This document shows, piece by piece, positions 49,505 to 62,930 of a stretch of 64,000 nt of DNA (its first letter is position 1; each line of letters opens with the position of its first letter). The position numbers were made by a program, and so were the translations under genes. The notes beneath the pieces were generated by a model that searched no databases, had not been told where the DNA came from, and saw only the letters and a list, made by a program, of their open reading frames with translations. Source of the stretch: Lama guanicoe (lineage: Eukaryota); contig MU056050.1 of NCBI GenBank assembly GCA_013239625.1, forward strand, positions 5,589,366-5,653,365. Reading direction: 5' to 3'.

Positions 49505-50506
49505 ACAAACCCTGGCTCCAGCTTTATATTTTTAAACTGAAGAAATTACTTCTTTTTAGGATGCCCATCTATGGAAATCCTCAATTTCTTATCTTCACAT
49601 TTACTTTCTCTGGATATTCTCTAGGTATCTAATGTTTTCCTTAACTAAGTACAAACTTTGATAGATAATCAGGCGAGATATTTGATGGAGTAAACTATAG
49701 TATGAGGATGCTAGTGAGACGATAAATGAGATGCCAGGAGACAGGATTCAAACTCTAATAGCATCTTTCATAGATACATCCTAGGAACCATTGTGTATAG
49801 CAGTCAGAGTTGAAAGTAAAGGGTAAAGAAATAAAAGCTTCTCAAATTCATACAGGAAGGCCAGTCTGTACGGGGCTAACCTAGTTGCTCTTTTTTTCTT
49901 TTGTACCCTCCTAGCTTAGCTCAATACAATGGATGTCAACTTGAAATAACTATAATTACGATTAGCCTGGAATTAGAGGTTACCCCAAAGTTACAATCTC
50001 ACACAGAAACATGAAGCTGAATGGAAGGCTTCAAACAAACTTCCTCAGAAAAGACTTCATTAATACATTTTCTTTACTGAAAAATCTTGAGTACAAACAT
50101 TTGAAAATGATTTCATGTTGTCAATGCTGAGAATGGCTCCAGTATGTGTGATTCTCCTATCTTGACTCCTGTGTATTCTTTTTGAAAACTACCTACATCA
50201 AGCAGATATGGAAAGAGGAAGGTGAAGAAGAATGAGAAATCCTTTTACGAAACATTGTGAAATAAAGCATTCAACATAAAATAAAATATAGACTTTTTAA
50301 AGAGGTAAGTCCACATGTGCTCATACCAAATAAAAGTCAATTTTAAGAGAATTAAAAGAAAAATCTTGACTCAACGAAATACAAGACACAGACTTGTAAA
50401 ACCAAATAGGATGTACATTTAAAGAATACTTGCTCACTGACCCAATAAGAATAGAAACAATAACAATGATAGATGATGATGTACACTTTTGTACATTTGT
50501 TCTTAC

Positions 50507-50660
50507 CAACATTCAGTGCAGCTCTACAACAGTGTCTACCTATGGTCTCTACCCTTTGGTGATGAACGTTTCTCTGCATAGCCCAACAAGACCATTCACT
50601 ATCCAATCGAACAGGCCCATTTCCCACTGATTTTCTTTAAGATATGTATTCCTGCTAATG
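50507..50660 (-). other. Weak candidate exon (non-coding or stop-containing)
   Basis: Minus strand: cttcattttccatttag|...gttg|gtaaga; every frame has a stop. Confidence 0.2.
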
Positions 50661-50759
50661 CTAAATGGAAAATGAAGCCAATCCTCAATAGTTAAGTTAA
50701 TAATGATCACTAATCTTTCAAGCAACATAAGAGAATTAGCAATAGTACAGAATGTTTAC

Positions 50760-51060
50760 TGAAATAAAATCTAGATCCCTTAGCATGAAATTCAAAGCTA
50801 TGGGGCCCACATGTTCTCAATTTCACTAACCACTTCCAATTATCTGTATTTTATTCCAATTCAAGGTATATTGCTATCTCTCCTCAAGCAAACCTCTGTC
50901 ATACCTACCTCCAGGACTTTATTCATGATAATTCCACCTCGTACAATGTCCTCCTCCTATGGCTACCGATCAAAATCGTATCTATCCTTCAAAGTTGGTT
51001 CAAATGCTGTCTCCTCCATAAAGATTTTCATAAACGTTTGACCTTGAAGAGCTCTTGATT
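50760..51060 (+). mobile_element. L2 relic
   Basis: ccttagcatgaaattcaaagc; cctacctccaggacttt; tatccttcaaag..ttcaaatgctgtctcctccataaag. Confidence 0.6.
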
Positions 51061-53093
51061 CACCTATAAATTCTGGAAGCATTCGACATGTATCATTATA
51101 GGTAGGCTGAGTACATCTTCACTTCTCTATGTGAGAAATTCCTGTTGTACTGATACATCTAATATCAGTGCTCCCTTTACTCTCAAATGCAATCTAGTTT
51201 AGACATTACATTATGTGACAAACATAACTGTATTACTGTAGTATTCATTATACTGTTCTATTTTTTATATTTCTATGTAAGTTTTATTCCCTATACTACA
51301 TTGTAAACCTCTTTGCGAACAGAAACCATAGGCACTTGAGGCTAGCTCTTTTCATTTGGTTTAAGATGTATTTATTGAGTTAATCAATGGAAGAGCAGCT
51401 GATTTTTTTCCCTTAATGAGGTTCTAAGTCATCAAATATTTAAAGACATATCTTGAAGAACAATGACTAGGCATTATTAATATATGCTAATAATGAAAAA
51501 CTCAGAATCTCAATTATAACCAATCACAGATCCAAGATAATTTATCCACTGCTTGAAGGTTGAATTAGAGTGTTACGTGGGTCCCTTTGAGCTCTTATAC
51601 TTGATGATCATGACAAGCAGATATGGAAGTGATATACCTTCTTCTTCAGGCTCTAATGTGTCTTCACACCTTCAACTGACTCAAATGATGACCTTGGAGT
51701 AATTCTATGCATTTCTTCCAGAAAGAGAATTACACCAGGAAGAAGGACAGAACTCCTCCTGCCCAATGCTTCGTATATTTAGGGAGTAATGGAATGGTTT
51801 TCATAAAAAATAAAAAGCTAACATCTTGCTTTTAATTTTCTTCCAAATCATATTTAATTCTCCCCACATCCTAACAAGTCAGATAAATCTAATAAGGTTT
51901 ACTCTGTTAAAATAAATTAACCACAGTAAAAGCTTATCGTGTACACAGTAAAAAAAAAATTCATCCACACAAGTGTCACCAGTTTCCAGTTTTAGAAAAG
52001 CAGATATTAATCCAGATTCAAGCAGTAATTCTCATAGATATCTAAATTACCTAGGAAATACAAAACAGACCTAATTCTTCAAGTGGAGCTACAAAATAAC
52101 TGGTTCAAATGGATTTTTTAGATCTCTGCTGTTCCTGTTTTCAGGTTTGAGACTTGAAAGCCAAAAGGGAAAAGGATAAGGGGAAAGTCAATTTGCACCA
52201 TTTACCATGCTCACGTTCGGTTTCCTTTCACCCCCTTTTCCTTTATATAGCGATCTCTACAGCAAGTGGAGATCAGGAAACCCTAATTTATTTGGCCTCA
52301 TCCTTTATATCACTTTTCTCAAATTCAGCAAGGCAATGTTTGGTAAGAGTGTCAAATTAGTAGAAAGCCTGAGGTCTAGCAATTTGACAATGACATAACT
52401 GTCACAATGGGTCTACTTTCGGCATATACCAGGCATAATTAGAATCAAATATCTACCTCTTACCATTTCTCTTAGGTTCACCCAACTCTGAAAGCTATCA
52501 GGCCATTAACGCATATCAATTAGTAATGATTTTCCCCAGGCCCCAGCAGCTAGTGAAGACTACATTTAAAGGTGATCCCAGCAGTCAAAATTTTAATGTG
52601 CACAATTCAAAACTATCTACTTGGATACACAGAACAGTATCATCTGAAAAACTCCACTTCCTTAATATTTTATACTGCAGCCATTAAATATATCACCCTT
52701 TTGGATGAATGTCCAATGAACATTTTCATACCTATTAAGAAATATTAATTATATAAAGGTTTGGAAAACATACAAATCATTTAAAGTAGAAATAGGATAT
52801 GCAATAGCCAGGAAGAACTAATGTTATTACTTTTGTGGCCAGTTGAACACATTCTTAGTATAATTGTTTTCAACTGAGACTTCATGACCCAGAAAAATTT
52901 ACTTCCTTTGGGATTTGACAGGTGGGGGCAGAAAAGACACAGAGGAGATATTACAATTTCAGTATATTTTAAATAGTCACACTAGATATTAGTCAAGTTT
53001 TAATCAACTAAGTCAAATACACTCTAATATACAATGTTTGAGAAGCAATCTTTTACAGATTTCACTGGGTAACAGCCCTGTTTCCTAGCGAAA

Positions 53094-53123
53094 CTACAGC
53101 ATGAAAACTGAGTTGATTTCTAC
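53094..53123 (-). other. Candidate exon 5' end or terminal coding stub (VEINSVFML* in phase 0)
   Basis: Long pyrimidine acceptor ctttctttctttttttatttttgttttgtttcag|GTAG; the tract could equally be a simple A-rich repeat. Confidence 0.25.
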
Positions 53124-53685
53124 CTGAAACAAAACAAAAATAAAAAAAGAAAGAAAGGACTTATGCTGATTTCATGGTCTTATGTACAGACTGCCTTCAA
53201 CACAAATATACATGTATGGTGGTATTCTTTGCCATAAATTGGAGGTATGTTGAAAGTCTAACCAAATTAGTTAGGCATATTGGTGGTCAACAGGGATAGG
53301 CCTACTCCTGGGAAGGTCTATGGGCAAGGAATTAAGGCCAAAAAGAATCTTCCTCACTGAACTACTTCAGGAGCTAAAATTACATATAAATTTAATATCT
53401 CAAAATGATTAATTTAGAGGTCCAAATTATGGCATAAATATTGCATATGATGAGGGGTGTGTTCAGTTCAAGTAAACAATCTGATTAGTTGGGTAAAATC
53501 ATTACACTAATTTGGTAAGAAACAAACTGAATTAAGTCTGATAATGAGGTCAAGAAAGCTAGAAGACTGATCTTCTTTGGGTTCTTATATTTTGCAAAAG
53601 CTTTAAGAAGGCTACCTTTGGGAAACTGAACTTGAGATGTAAGATTCTGGAAGGGGACTGGTGGTGTTTCTTTCCAGGAGCCTCT

Positions 53686-54214
53686 TGTATTAATTGGGAT
53701 TCCCCCAAAGAAACAGAAGCAATATGATGAGTTTATAGAGAAAAAGATATATTATAAGGAATAGCTCTCATGATTGTGGAGGCTGGCAAGTCCCAAGGGC
53801 TACAGAGTGGCTCCTGACAACACTCTAAAGAGATGATGGTTTAGTCCCAGTCTGACTCTGAAGGCCTGGGAACCAGGAAAGCCAATGGTGCACTTCTAGA
53901 CTGAAGGCCGGCAGACCCAAACCCAGGAAGAGCTGATGTTTCAGTTCTGGTTCAAAGGCTGGAAAAGAGCCGATGTTCCAGTTTGAAAGCTATCAGGCAG
54001 GAAGAATTCTCATTTACTTGGGGGAAGGTTAGCTTTATTGTTCTATTCAGGCCTTCTTCAGACTGAATGAGAGCAATCTGGTCTACTCACTTTACCAATT
54101 TAAATGTTATATTCACCTAAGAATACATTCATACAAATGTCTAGAATAATCTTACTACTGACTATCTGGCCACTGCATGCATCTATCTAATTGACACATA
54201 AAACTAATGCCACA
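53686..54214 (-). mobile_element. ERVL MLT2-type solo LTR
   Basis: tgtatt..ggattc.cc..agaaacagaa; tattataaggaat.gctc.catgattgtggaggctggcaagtccc; ttgacacataaaactaa..caca. Confidence 0.9.
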
Positions 54215-54394
54215 GTCCTTTTCCTAAAGACATAGATTATGTTAACAAAGCAATATGAAATGGAAGAAATGGAGAAAATGGAAGGGAACTGACGCTGCGT
54301 AGATACAAATGCATGGTTGAAAAATGATAAAGCAGCACTTTTATGTAAAAGATTACTAACTATATTTCATCCCTGGGTCTGGGGGATAGGAAGC

Positions 54395-54515
54395 ATTAGA
54401 CTATAAGCTCAAGGATAGTTGGGGCTTTATCTATTTTTTGATCACTATATTCTCAGTGCCTAATAATATACACCATTAAATAATTCTTCGTTGACTTATT
54501 GAATACATGAATGAA
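54395..54515 (+). mobile_element. L2 3' end relic
   Basis: ttagactataagctc..gatcactatattctcagtgcctaat..ttgaatacatgaatgaa. Confidence 0.65.
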
Positions 54516-55177
54516 AGTTCAAAAACTTTACAGAAGCTAGAAAAATAGCACAAAACTTCATAAACATCAGAGAAGCTGAGTTGAGATCAGAAATTCAGAT
54601 GAAGCTAGAGATATAAAAGTTCAATCTGGTAAAAAATGTCCAGAGAATTTGGGACAGTGTCTCTACTGAGGACAAATATTGCTGTATAAACAGTAGCACA
54701 CATAAAACTTAACTGAAAAATAATGAATTAATAATGACTCTAGGACAGAAAATTTCTGCTCTCCATTTTTATGTTACTGAGGCTGTTTTTTATATTTGCA
54801 TATTTTTTCCCGCTGAGGTTACCTCCTTTAATACTAATGCTCTTACTAGAGCAACTACCTTTTATCATACTATCAAGACACTCAGCTGAAGTTTCTTTCA
54901 TCATGAAAAACTGAATTTATCCTCAAGCACCTAGTCTACCCACGAGCACATGAATGGTTGCCAGGTATTATAACTTTCCATTCTGGCATCCCACTGCCAG
55001 CTAGACTCAAGGCTACTTTCTGTATATATCTTGAGCTGCTGACTTGGACATTTTTCAGGAGGTTAAAAGGTTCAGAAAGTGCTTTGTAGGGATTCAAGCA
55101 AGAGTCTGGAAAACATTTTTCCCCACTCAGTGATAAAAACTAAAATGTACATTTTCTTGTTAAAAAAAAAAGGATGG

Positions 55178-55305
55178 CATCCATCTATCCAGTCATTCAT
55201 TCAAAAAGTACTGAGAACCTATTATGTGCTGGGTAGTTTTCTAGGCACAAGGGAGAGGGTGGTGAGTCACACAGAAGATATCTGCTCCAGTGAATCTTAT
55301 ATTCC
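55178..55305 (-). mobile_element. L2 3' end relic, antisense
   Basis: cattcattcaaaaagtactgagaacctattatgtgctgggt..ttctaggcac. Confidence 0.7.
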
Positions 55306-55564
55306 AATACTAAATCAATCTAGAAACAAAACAAGTTATTTATTTTAGGCCAGAGGGCTAAACTGTATACATTCAACAATCCAACTTGAGAGAGCACGTT
55401 GACCCAGCAGAGCTAGTGAAAATAGTCAACCATTCTTAATAGCTTTATTCCCATTCCAATATCCCAAATGCCTTTTTCATTTGTTATCATAAATTATGGT
55501 TTATAATTTAGATCTCCTATTCTGTATTTGGCCACAATCACCAGTAGACAAACCACGGGCTTAC

Positions 55565-55666
55565 CACACCAATGCATAAATTTCTAACTGGAACATAAGT
55601 TGATTCCACCCTGATCTTTTCGAATGCTTTTGACTCCACCCACTCCAAAGAGGTCTTATTTCTATA
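55565..55666 (-). other. Candidate 102-nt exon (unidentified product)
   Basis: Minus strand: tttttccttctgtattatgttactcag|TATAGA...GGTGTG|gtaagc; two open frames (YRNKTSLEWVESKAFEKIRVESTYVPVRNLCIGV or IEIRPLWSGWSQKHSKRSGWNQLMFQLEIYALV). Confidence 0.35.
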
Positions 55667-56504
55667 CTGAGTAACATAATACAGAAGGAAAAAATACAGA
55701 TGGATTAAAAAGACAAAATCCAAAAAAAAGTGATTTAAATAAAATATGTGATGATGCTGTGAGGTGCTATAAAGTTTTTATTGCCACTTTCTTGGGAAGA
55801 CCAGCATAACTTATGTCTAGTGCTGCCACTTATAAGTAATGTGGTCACCACAAACTCACTGCAGTAAAACCTTCAAACATCTCCACCACCACATATTATA
55901 CACGTACGCATACACCAGTAATTTAGTAACTTTTCCAGCTGCCTTCCTATGTGAAATACTTTATTTCTTGATGCCTCTTCTTAATGGGACAAATTCATTT
56001 TTAGCACAGCGTGTGGCTGATTAAACATAGAGCTCTAATCATTTTTTAAATATGGTTCCAACAATTAATTCACCACATCTGACACTAAATGTCTACCTCA
56101 ATAAATACTTTGGATGAATCTTCCCTATGTTAACCACTGCTAAATAAGTTGATGTTTTCTCCAATTCTGGAGAATAAAGACAAGGTTCACCTTAACTGAG
56201 TCACTTGGACCTGTTGCCTCAATGTTGCACACTATGTGAATCATGGAAGATCACAGTGTTGAAGGGCCTTAGATTTTAACTAGTAATTGTTCAACTATGT
56301 TTTAGTGAGCCTATGGACTGATAGATGGTTTATATAGGATTGAAGAAATGTAGCTTTAAGGAGAACAGCTCGATTTTAATTCTTTCTATACATGGGAGTT
56401 TGACACAAGAAGTTATTTGAAGAAAAATTTATGCTATGAAAATGTATGCAGAAACACAAACATATAAACAACCTACCTAGAAAATTACTGATGTGGACAA
56501 GTAT

Positions 56505-56590
56505 TACCACTCTCTGTTTGAAAGATGAGAAAATAGATCCCTGAAAAGGTTAAGTAATAAACACACATTCACACAGCCATTGGGAGGCAC
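56505..56590 (-). mobile_element. MIR relic
   Basis: tttgaaagatgagaaaatagatccctgaaaaggttaagtaa..tcacacagc. Confidence 0.55.
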
Positions 56591-56877
56591 AATGAGCATG
56601 AGGGTAGTTAGTCTCTTGTACATCCCACGATACAACAATAAATTACATAATTGTGATTAAAATCATGTATGGTATCAGTAATGTTGGCGTTGGGCCCAGT
56701 ATCATATGTGAGATAAAATATATTGGACATAATGTATTTCACTAGTGAGAGCACATTTTGATTTCATTCGTTTTCCTGAGTAAAGACAAGGGTAGATACT
56801 AACACAGAAATCTTCCAACTTAGAACTTTCAGAAAAACATGGCATCTCTGGGAATGAAAGAAGGAATATAAAATACA

Positions 56878-59800
56878 GGAGGCAGTATGGCAGAGTAAGA
56901 GGACATGGAACCTATCTCCCCCCATGAACACATACAAAATACATCTGCATGTGGAACACTTCTCATCAAGAAATAACAGGAAACTGACAGAAGGAATCCT
57001 AAACAATCAAGGATTTAAAAAAGAAACACCCATAATTCAAATGGATGGGACAAAAGCATCAGGTCAGAATGTGTGCTCCGGAGATGGGGCTAAGAGGTAA
57101 AGAGACACTGCATAGGCAGCCAACCTGGGAGACAAGCCACAGACTGGGCATACCAGTTCTGGAGTCCTACGCATAGGAAACAAGTCACTTTAGCTGCTTA
57201 GAAAACAGCTGAGAAAGATGGAAATGCTGGAGAAGTCTAGACTCCATCCATGAAGAGTGTGTGGGTGCAGGCTTACCCTGAGCAGGGCAGAGAGAGGTCT
57301 GCCCTAGCTGCTATAACCTCATAGCACTCCCTAGTCTGACCAAATGAAAACTCCAGAACAGCTCACTCAACATCACAGGTTAGCACTAGATCTAGGGCAT
57401 CCAGGACCAAGGAAAAGACTCGACCTAGGGAGAAAGAGGTAACGTGGGGACCCGGATCATAGCCCAGGTAGGGCAGCAGCAGTCATTGTTTGTGCTTCCT
57501 CAAGCAGATCCCCCAGAAGCAGCCCACACTTCTGAGGGTAGCATGGCTGTTGGAACTCCCACAACAACCCAGCTGCATGCCCCAGCCCAAGGCAATGAAT
57601 GAACAATCCAGCCCTGATCATTTCCACTTCACAGTCTAGCATTAGACCTGGGGCTGCCATGGCAGGGAAAAGAGGCAGCCTTGAGTTACATCTGAGCAGA
57701 GCCATAGACACCTTCAAAGCAGGACATCAGAACTCTGTAAGTGCCCAAGCCCCACTTACTGCAGCACTCCTGTCCTTTGGGGCAAAGACAACACTGAGGG
57801 GAGAAGGAGAGACACACAGTTCAATGGAACAGAGCCAGTTGGAGCCTGACACTCAGGACTTCTGCTCCAGCAACCTGAAAGCACATCCCATTCCAGACAG
57901 GAGGGTGATGGCCACTGACCAGAGAGGAAATCCCACTTCACATCCTGAGGGGGCTCTAACTCCTCCATCACCAGCCACACCCACTACCAACTGGATACCT
58001 ACCAGCACACCCTGAGGAAATACATGGCTGGTATCCACGTCAAATCCAGCCCTACCAACAAATGCATTCGGCACATGCAGACTACATAGGGACACCCCAC
58101 GTAAGAACACCCTTTCAGGACCAAAATAGGTAACTATTTCACATACATTCACAGAGAGAGAGAAACAAGTAAAATGAAAAGAATTGCCATTAATTGAAAG
58201 AGAGAAAAACCCTGAAAAAATTAAATAAAAATAAACAATTAACCAGATAAAGAATTCAAAACATCAGTAATAAAAATATTAACAGAATGAGGTAAGAAAA
58301 TTGATCTAAACACAGGTCATTTTAACAAGGAACAAGAAAATATATGGAAGCCCCAATCAAAAACAGAAAATTCAGTATCTGAGATAAAAAGCACTCTAGA
58401 AGCAATTAAGAGCAGAATAAATGACTCAGAAGAATGTCATGAGAGATCTGGAAGATAGAATAATGCAAATTACCCAATCAGAAGAGCAGACAGAAATACA
58501 AAGGAAATAAAATGAGTGCAAGATGAGGAATCCCAGAGATAACATCAAATGTATCAAAATTTGCTTTAGAGGCATTCCAGAAAGAGATGAAAGAAAGTGA
58601 TAAAAAATTTTTGCTAATAAATTATGGCTGAAAACATCCCAAACCTAAACAGTGAAAAAGATATCCAGGCACAGAAAGGATAGAGCACCCTAAACAAAAT
58701 GAAGCCAAAAAGACCCACAACAAGAAATATCATAATTAAAAGGACAGAAGTTTAACATAAAGGGAGAATTCTAAAGGCAGCAAGGTAAAACAAAGAATCA
58801 TACACAGGAATCACAATAAGGCTATCATCTGATTAACCTGCAGAAACTTTGCAGGCCAGAAGGGAATAGAACAATATATTCAAAGTGCTGAGAGGGAAGA
58901 ACCTGAAAACTAGGATATTCTACAAAGCAACAGTCATTTAGAATAGAAGGAGAGATAAGAACTTCTCAGACAAGCAAAATCTAAAAGAATGTAGCAATAC
59001 TAAAACCTACCACAAAAGAAATATTGAAGAGTCGTCTCTAAATGGAAAAGTAACTATCTGAAGGAAAGGGAAGATCTCAGTAGGAAAGGAAAATATATAG
59101 TAAGGACTGAAGGTCACATAAATAGGCCAGTATAAAGATTAAAAGATAAAATAATTATAAAAGCAACTATAATTACAATAAAATGTAAGAGATAAGCATG
59201 AAGATGTAAAATATGACATCAAAAAATAAAGTGTGGGGGAGGGGAGTAAAACTGTAGAAGGATTAGACTGTGTTTGAACTTATATGACTGTAAGTTTAAA
59301 TCAATTAAATATGATTATGGGTCAATACACAGGAAACCCACAGTAACCACAAATCAAATATTAAAAATACGTAAACAAAAACCACAAAGAAAGGATCCCA
59401 AACATACTACTATAAAAATTTTCAAATAACAGTGGATGAAACAAAAAGAAATGAAGAGGAAAAACTACAAAAATGACTAGAAAATAAGTAATAAAATGAC
59501 AATAAGGACATATCTATCAGTAATTGGGTTGAATGCCAATGGAATCAATGCTCCAATCAAAAATCTACAATATCTGATTGATTTAAAAAAGAAGACTCTT
59601 TAATATGCTACTACAAAAGATTCATTTAAGTGCTAGAGACACAGACTGAAAGTGAGAAGATGGAAAAAGTATTTTATGCAAATGGAAACAACAAGATGTT
59701 AGGGTTAGCATACTCAGATAAGACAAACAGACTTTAAAAGAATGACTAACAAAAGACAAAGAAGAGCATTATACAATGATAAAGGGTTCAAAAGGAAAAA

Positions 59801-62800
59801 GCAAAAAAGGATATATGCAACCAACATAGGAACACCTAAAAAGATAAAGCACATACTGACAGAAAAAAGCAAGAAACCGACAATAATACAATAAAAATAG
59901 GAGACTAACATCCATTAATATCAATGGACAAATAATCCAAATAAAAGATCAATAAAACAACAGTGGTCAAAATAACACAATAGACCAGTTGTACTTAATA
60001 GATAATCACGGGACATTATAACCAAAAACAGCAGAATACACAGTCTTTTCCAGGGCACATGAAACATTTTCCAAAATAAATCACATACTCATTCACAAAA
60101 CATGCCTCAACCAATTTAAGGAGATGGAAATCATATCAATTTTTTCCAACGAAACAACATAAAACTAGAAATCAACTACAGAAAGAAAAAATGGGAAAAG
60201 GATGAGGATGTGGAGACTAAACAACATGCTACTTAAAAACAGATCAATGGTAAAAACCAAAGAGGAAATCAGAAAATGCCTACAGACAAATGAAAATGGA
60301 AATACAACATTTCAAAATATATGAAATGCAGCAAAACCTGTTCTAAAAGGGAAGTTCATAACGATACAGGCTTTTTTTCAAGAAAGAAGAAAAATCTCAA
60401 ACAATTTAACCTATCATCTCAAAGAACTGGAAAAAGAAAAGCAAACAAAGGCCAAAGTCAGCATAAAGAAGGAAGTAATAAAAATCAGAGGAAATAAATG
60501 AAATAGAGATAAAAAGAAACAATAGAAAAGATAATGAAACCAAGAGCTGTTTTTTCAAAAGATAAACAAAATTGATAAACCTTTAGCTTGGCTTACGATG
60601 AATAAGAGAGGACCAAACTAAAGGTGAAAAAATGAAAGAGGAGAAGTAACAACTAATACCTTAGAAATATAAAAAAAATCATAAGGGAATACTAAAAAAT
60701 TGGACAACCTAGAAAAAATGAATAAATTTCTAGAAACATAAAATTTTCCACAACTGAGTCAAGAAGAAACAAACGATTTGAACAAACTAATCACTAGAAA
60801 TGAAATAGAATCTGTAATATAAAAAAAACCTCACAAATGAACTCTATCAACCATATACACATTGAAGAACTAGAAACTATGCTTCTTAAACTAATTCAAA
60901 AAATTAAACAGGAGGAAAAAATCCCATGTTCATTCTACAAGGCCACAATTACCCTGATACCAATAATTAAACAAAGACACTACAAAAAAGAAAATTACAA
61001 GCCACTGTACTTGATGAATATAGATGCAAAACTCAACAAAATATTCACAAACTGAATCCAACAATACACAAAAAAGATCATACACAATGAACAAGCTGGA
61101 TTTATTCCAGGTCACAAACATAACTGAACATTCACAAATCAATCAATGTGATGCACCACATTAACAAAAAAGAAAGAGATCACATGATCATCTAATTATG
61201 TGCAGAAAAATATTTCACAAAACTCAACACCCATTCATGATAAAAACTTTCACCAAAGTGGGTAGACGGAACATACCTCCATATTATACAGGTAATATTT
61301 GACAAACCCACAGCCAAAATAATGCTCAATGATGAAAAGCTGAAAGCCTTCCTACTAAATTTTGGAGCAAGACAAAGATGCCCACTTTCGCCAATCTTTT
61401 CAAAATAGTATTGGAAGTCCTAGCCACAGCAGTAAGACAAAAAAAAAGAAATAAAAGTTATCCCAATAGGAAGGGAAGAGGTAAAAATCTCACGATGGAA
61501 CAGAACATTCAGGAAATAAACCCACACACTGACAGTCAATTAATCTACAACAAAGGAGGCATGAACGCATGATGGAGAAAACATGGTCTCTTCAAAAAGT
61601 GGTGATGTGAAAACTAGACAGCCACATGTAAAACAATGAAATTACAACATCCCCTCACACCATATAAAAATAAACTCAAAATTATTTAAAGATATAAATG
61701 TAAGAATGGAAACTATAAAACTTCTAGAAGAGAATATAGGCCCAATACTCTTTGACGTAACTTGTAGGCATATCTTCTTGGAGAAGTTTTCCAAGGCAAA
61801 AGAAATTAAAGTAAAAATAAACAAATGGAACCTAATTAAACATAAAAGGTTTTGCACAACAAAGGAAACAACTGAGAAACTAAAAAGACAATCTATAGTT
61901 ATGGAAAAAATTTTTCGAATAATACAACCAAAAAGGGGTTCACATTTAAAATATACAAAACAGCATATACTACTTAGTATCAAAAAAACAAACCACCCAA
62001 TCAAAAAATGGGCAGGAGACCTAAATAGTTTTTTGAAAGAAGACATACAAAGGCGCAACAAGCACACAGAAAAACGCTCAGTATCACTAAAGATTAGAGA
62101 AATATAAATCAAAACCACAATGAGCTATCAACTCATACCTCTCAGAAGAGCAATCATCAAAAATTCAACAATTAATAAATGTTGGAGAGGATGTGAAGAA
62201 AAGGAAACCCTTGTACACTGTTGGTGGGAATATAAATTGCTGCAAGTGCCATGGAAAATAGTAAGAAGGTTCCCTAAAATATGAAAAACAGAACTACCAT
62301 AATATCCAGCTTTTCCCGTCCTGAGTATACATCTGGAAAAAATGAAAACACTAATTTGAAAAGATACATACAACCCAATTTTCATAGCAGCATTATTTAC
62401 AATAGCAAAGACATGGAAGCAATCCAAGTGTCCATCAACAGATGATTGGATTAAGATATGGCATATACATACATACATACACACAAACTGGAATATTACT
62501 CGGCCATAAAAAAGCATGAAATACTCTTGTTTGCAGCACCACAGATAGACTTAGAGAATATTATGCTTAGTGAAGTAAATCAAAGACAAATACTGTATGA
62601 TATCCCTTATATGTAGAATCTAAAAAAGTACTACAAATAAATGTATATATAAAACAGAAACAGACTCACACATACAGAAAACAAATGTGGTTAAAAAATG
62701 GCAGTGGGAACAATGGAAAGACAAATTAGAGGTAGGAAGTTATCAGATACAAACTGCTATGTATAAAATAGGTAACCAATGAAGATATACAATACAGCAC

Positions 62801-62930
62801 AGAATTATAGGAATTATCTGGTAACAACCTATAATGGAGTGTAATCTGCAAGGATACTGAATCTCTATGCTGTACATCTGAATGTAACATAATGTTGTAA
62901 ATCAACTCTACTTCAATAAGAAAGGAATAA
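56878..62930 (+). mobile_element. Near full-length (~6 kb) decayed L1 with 5'UTR, ORF1, ORF2 (internal deletion near 61490) and 3' end
   Basis: 5' ggaggcagtatggcagagtaagagga; RT remnants FYKATITLIP..KENYKPLYLMNIDAK and IVLEVLATAVRQ joined almost directly to EINPHTDSQLIYNKG; ends ttgtaaatcaactctacttcaataa; degenerate flanking repeat aagaaggaata / aagaaaggaata. Confidence 0.92.
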
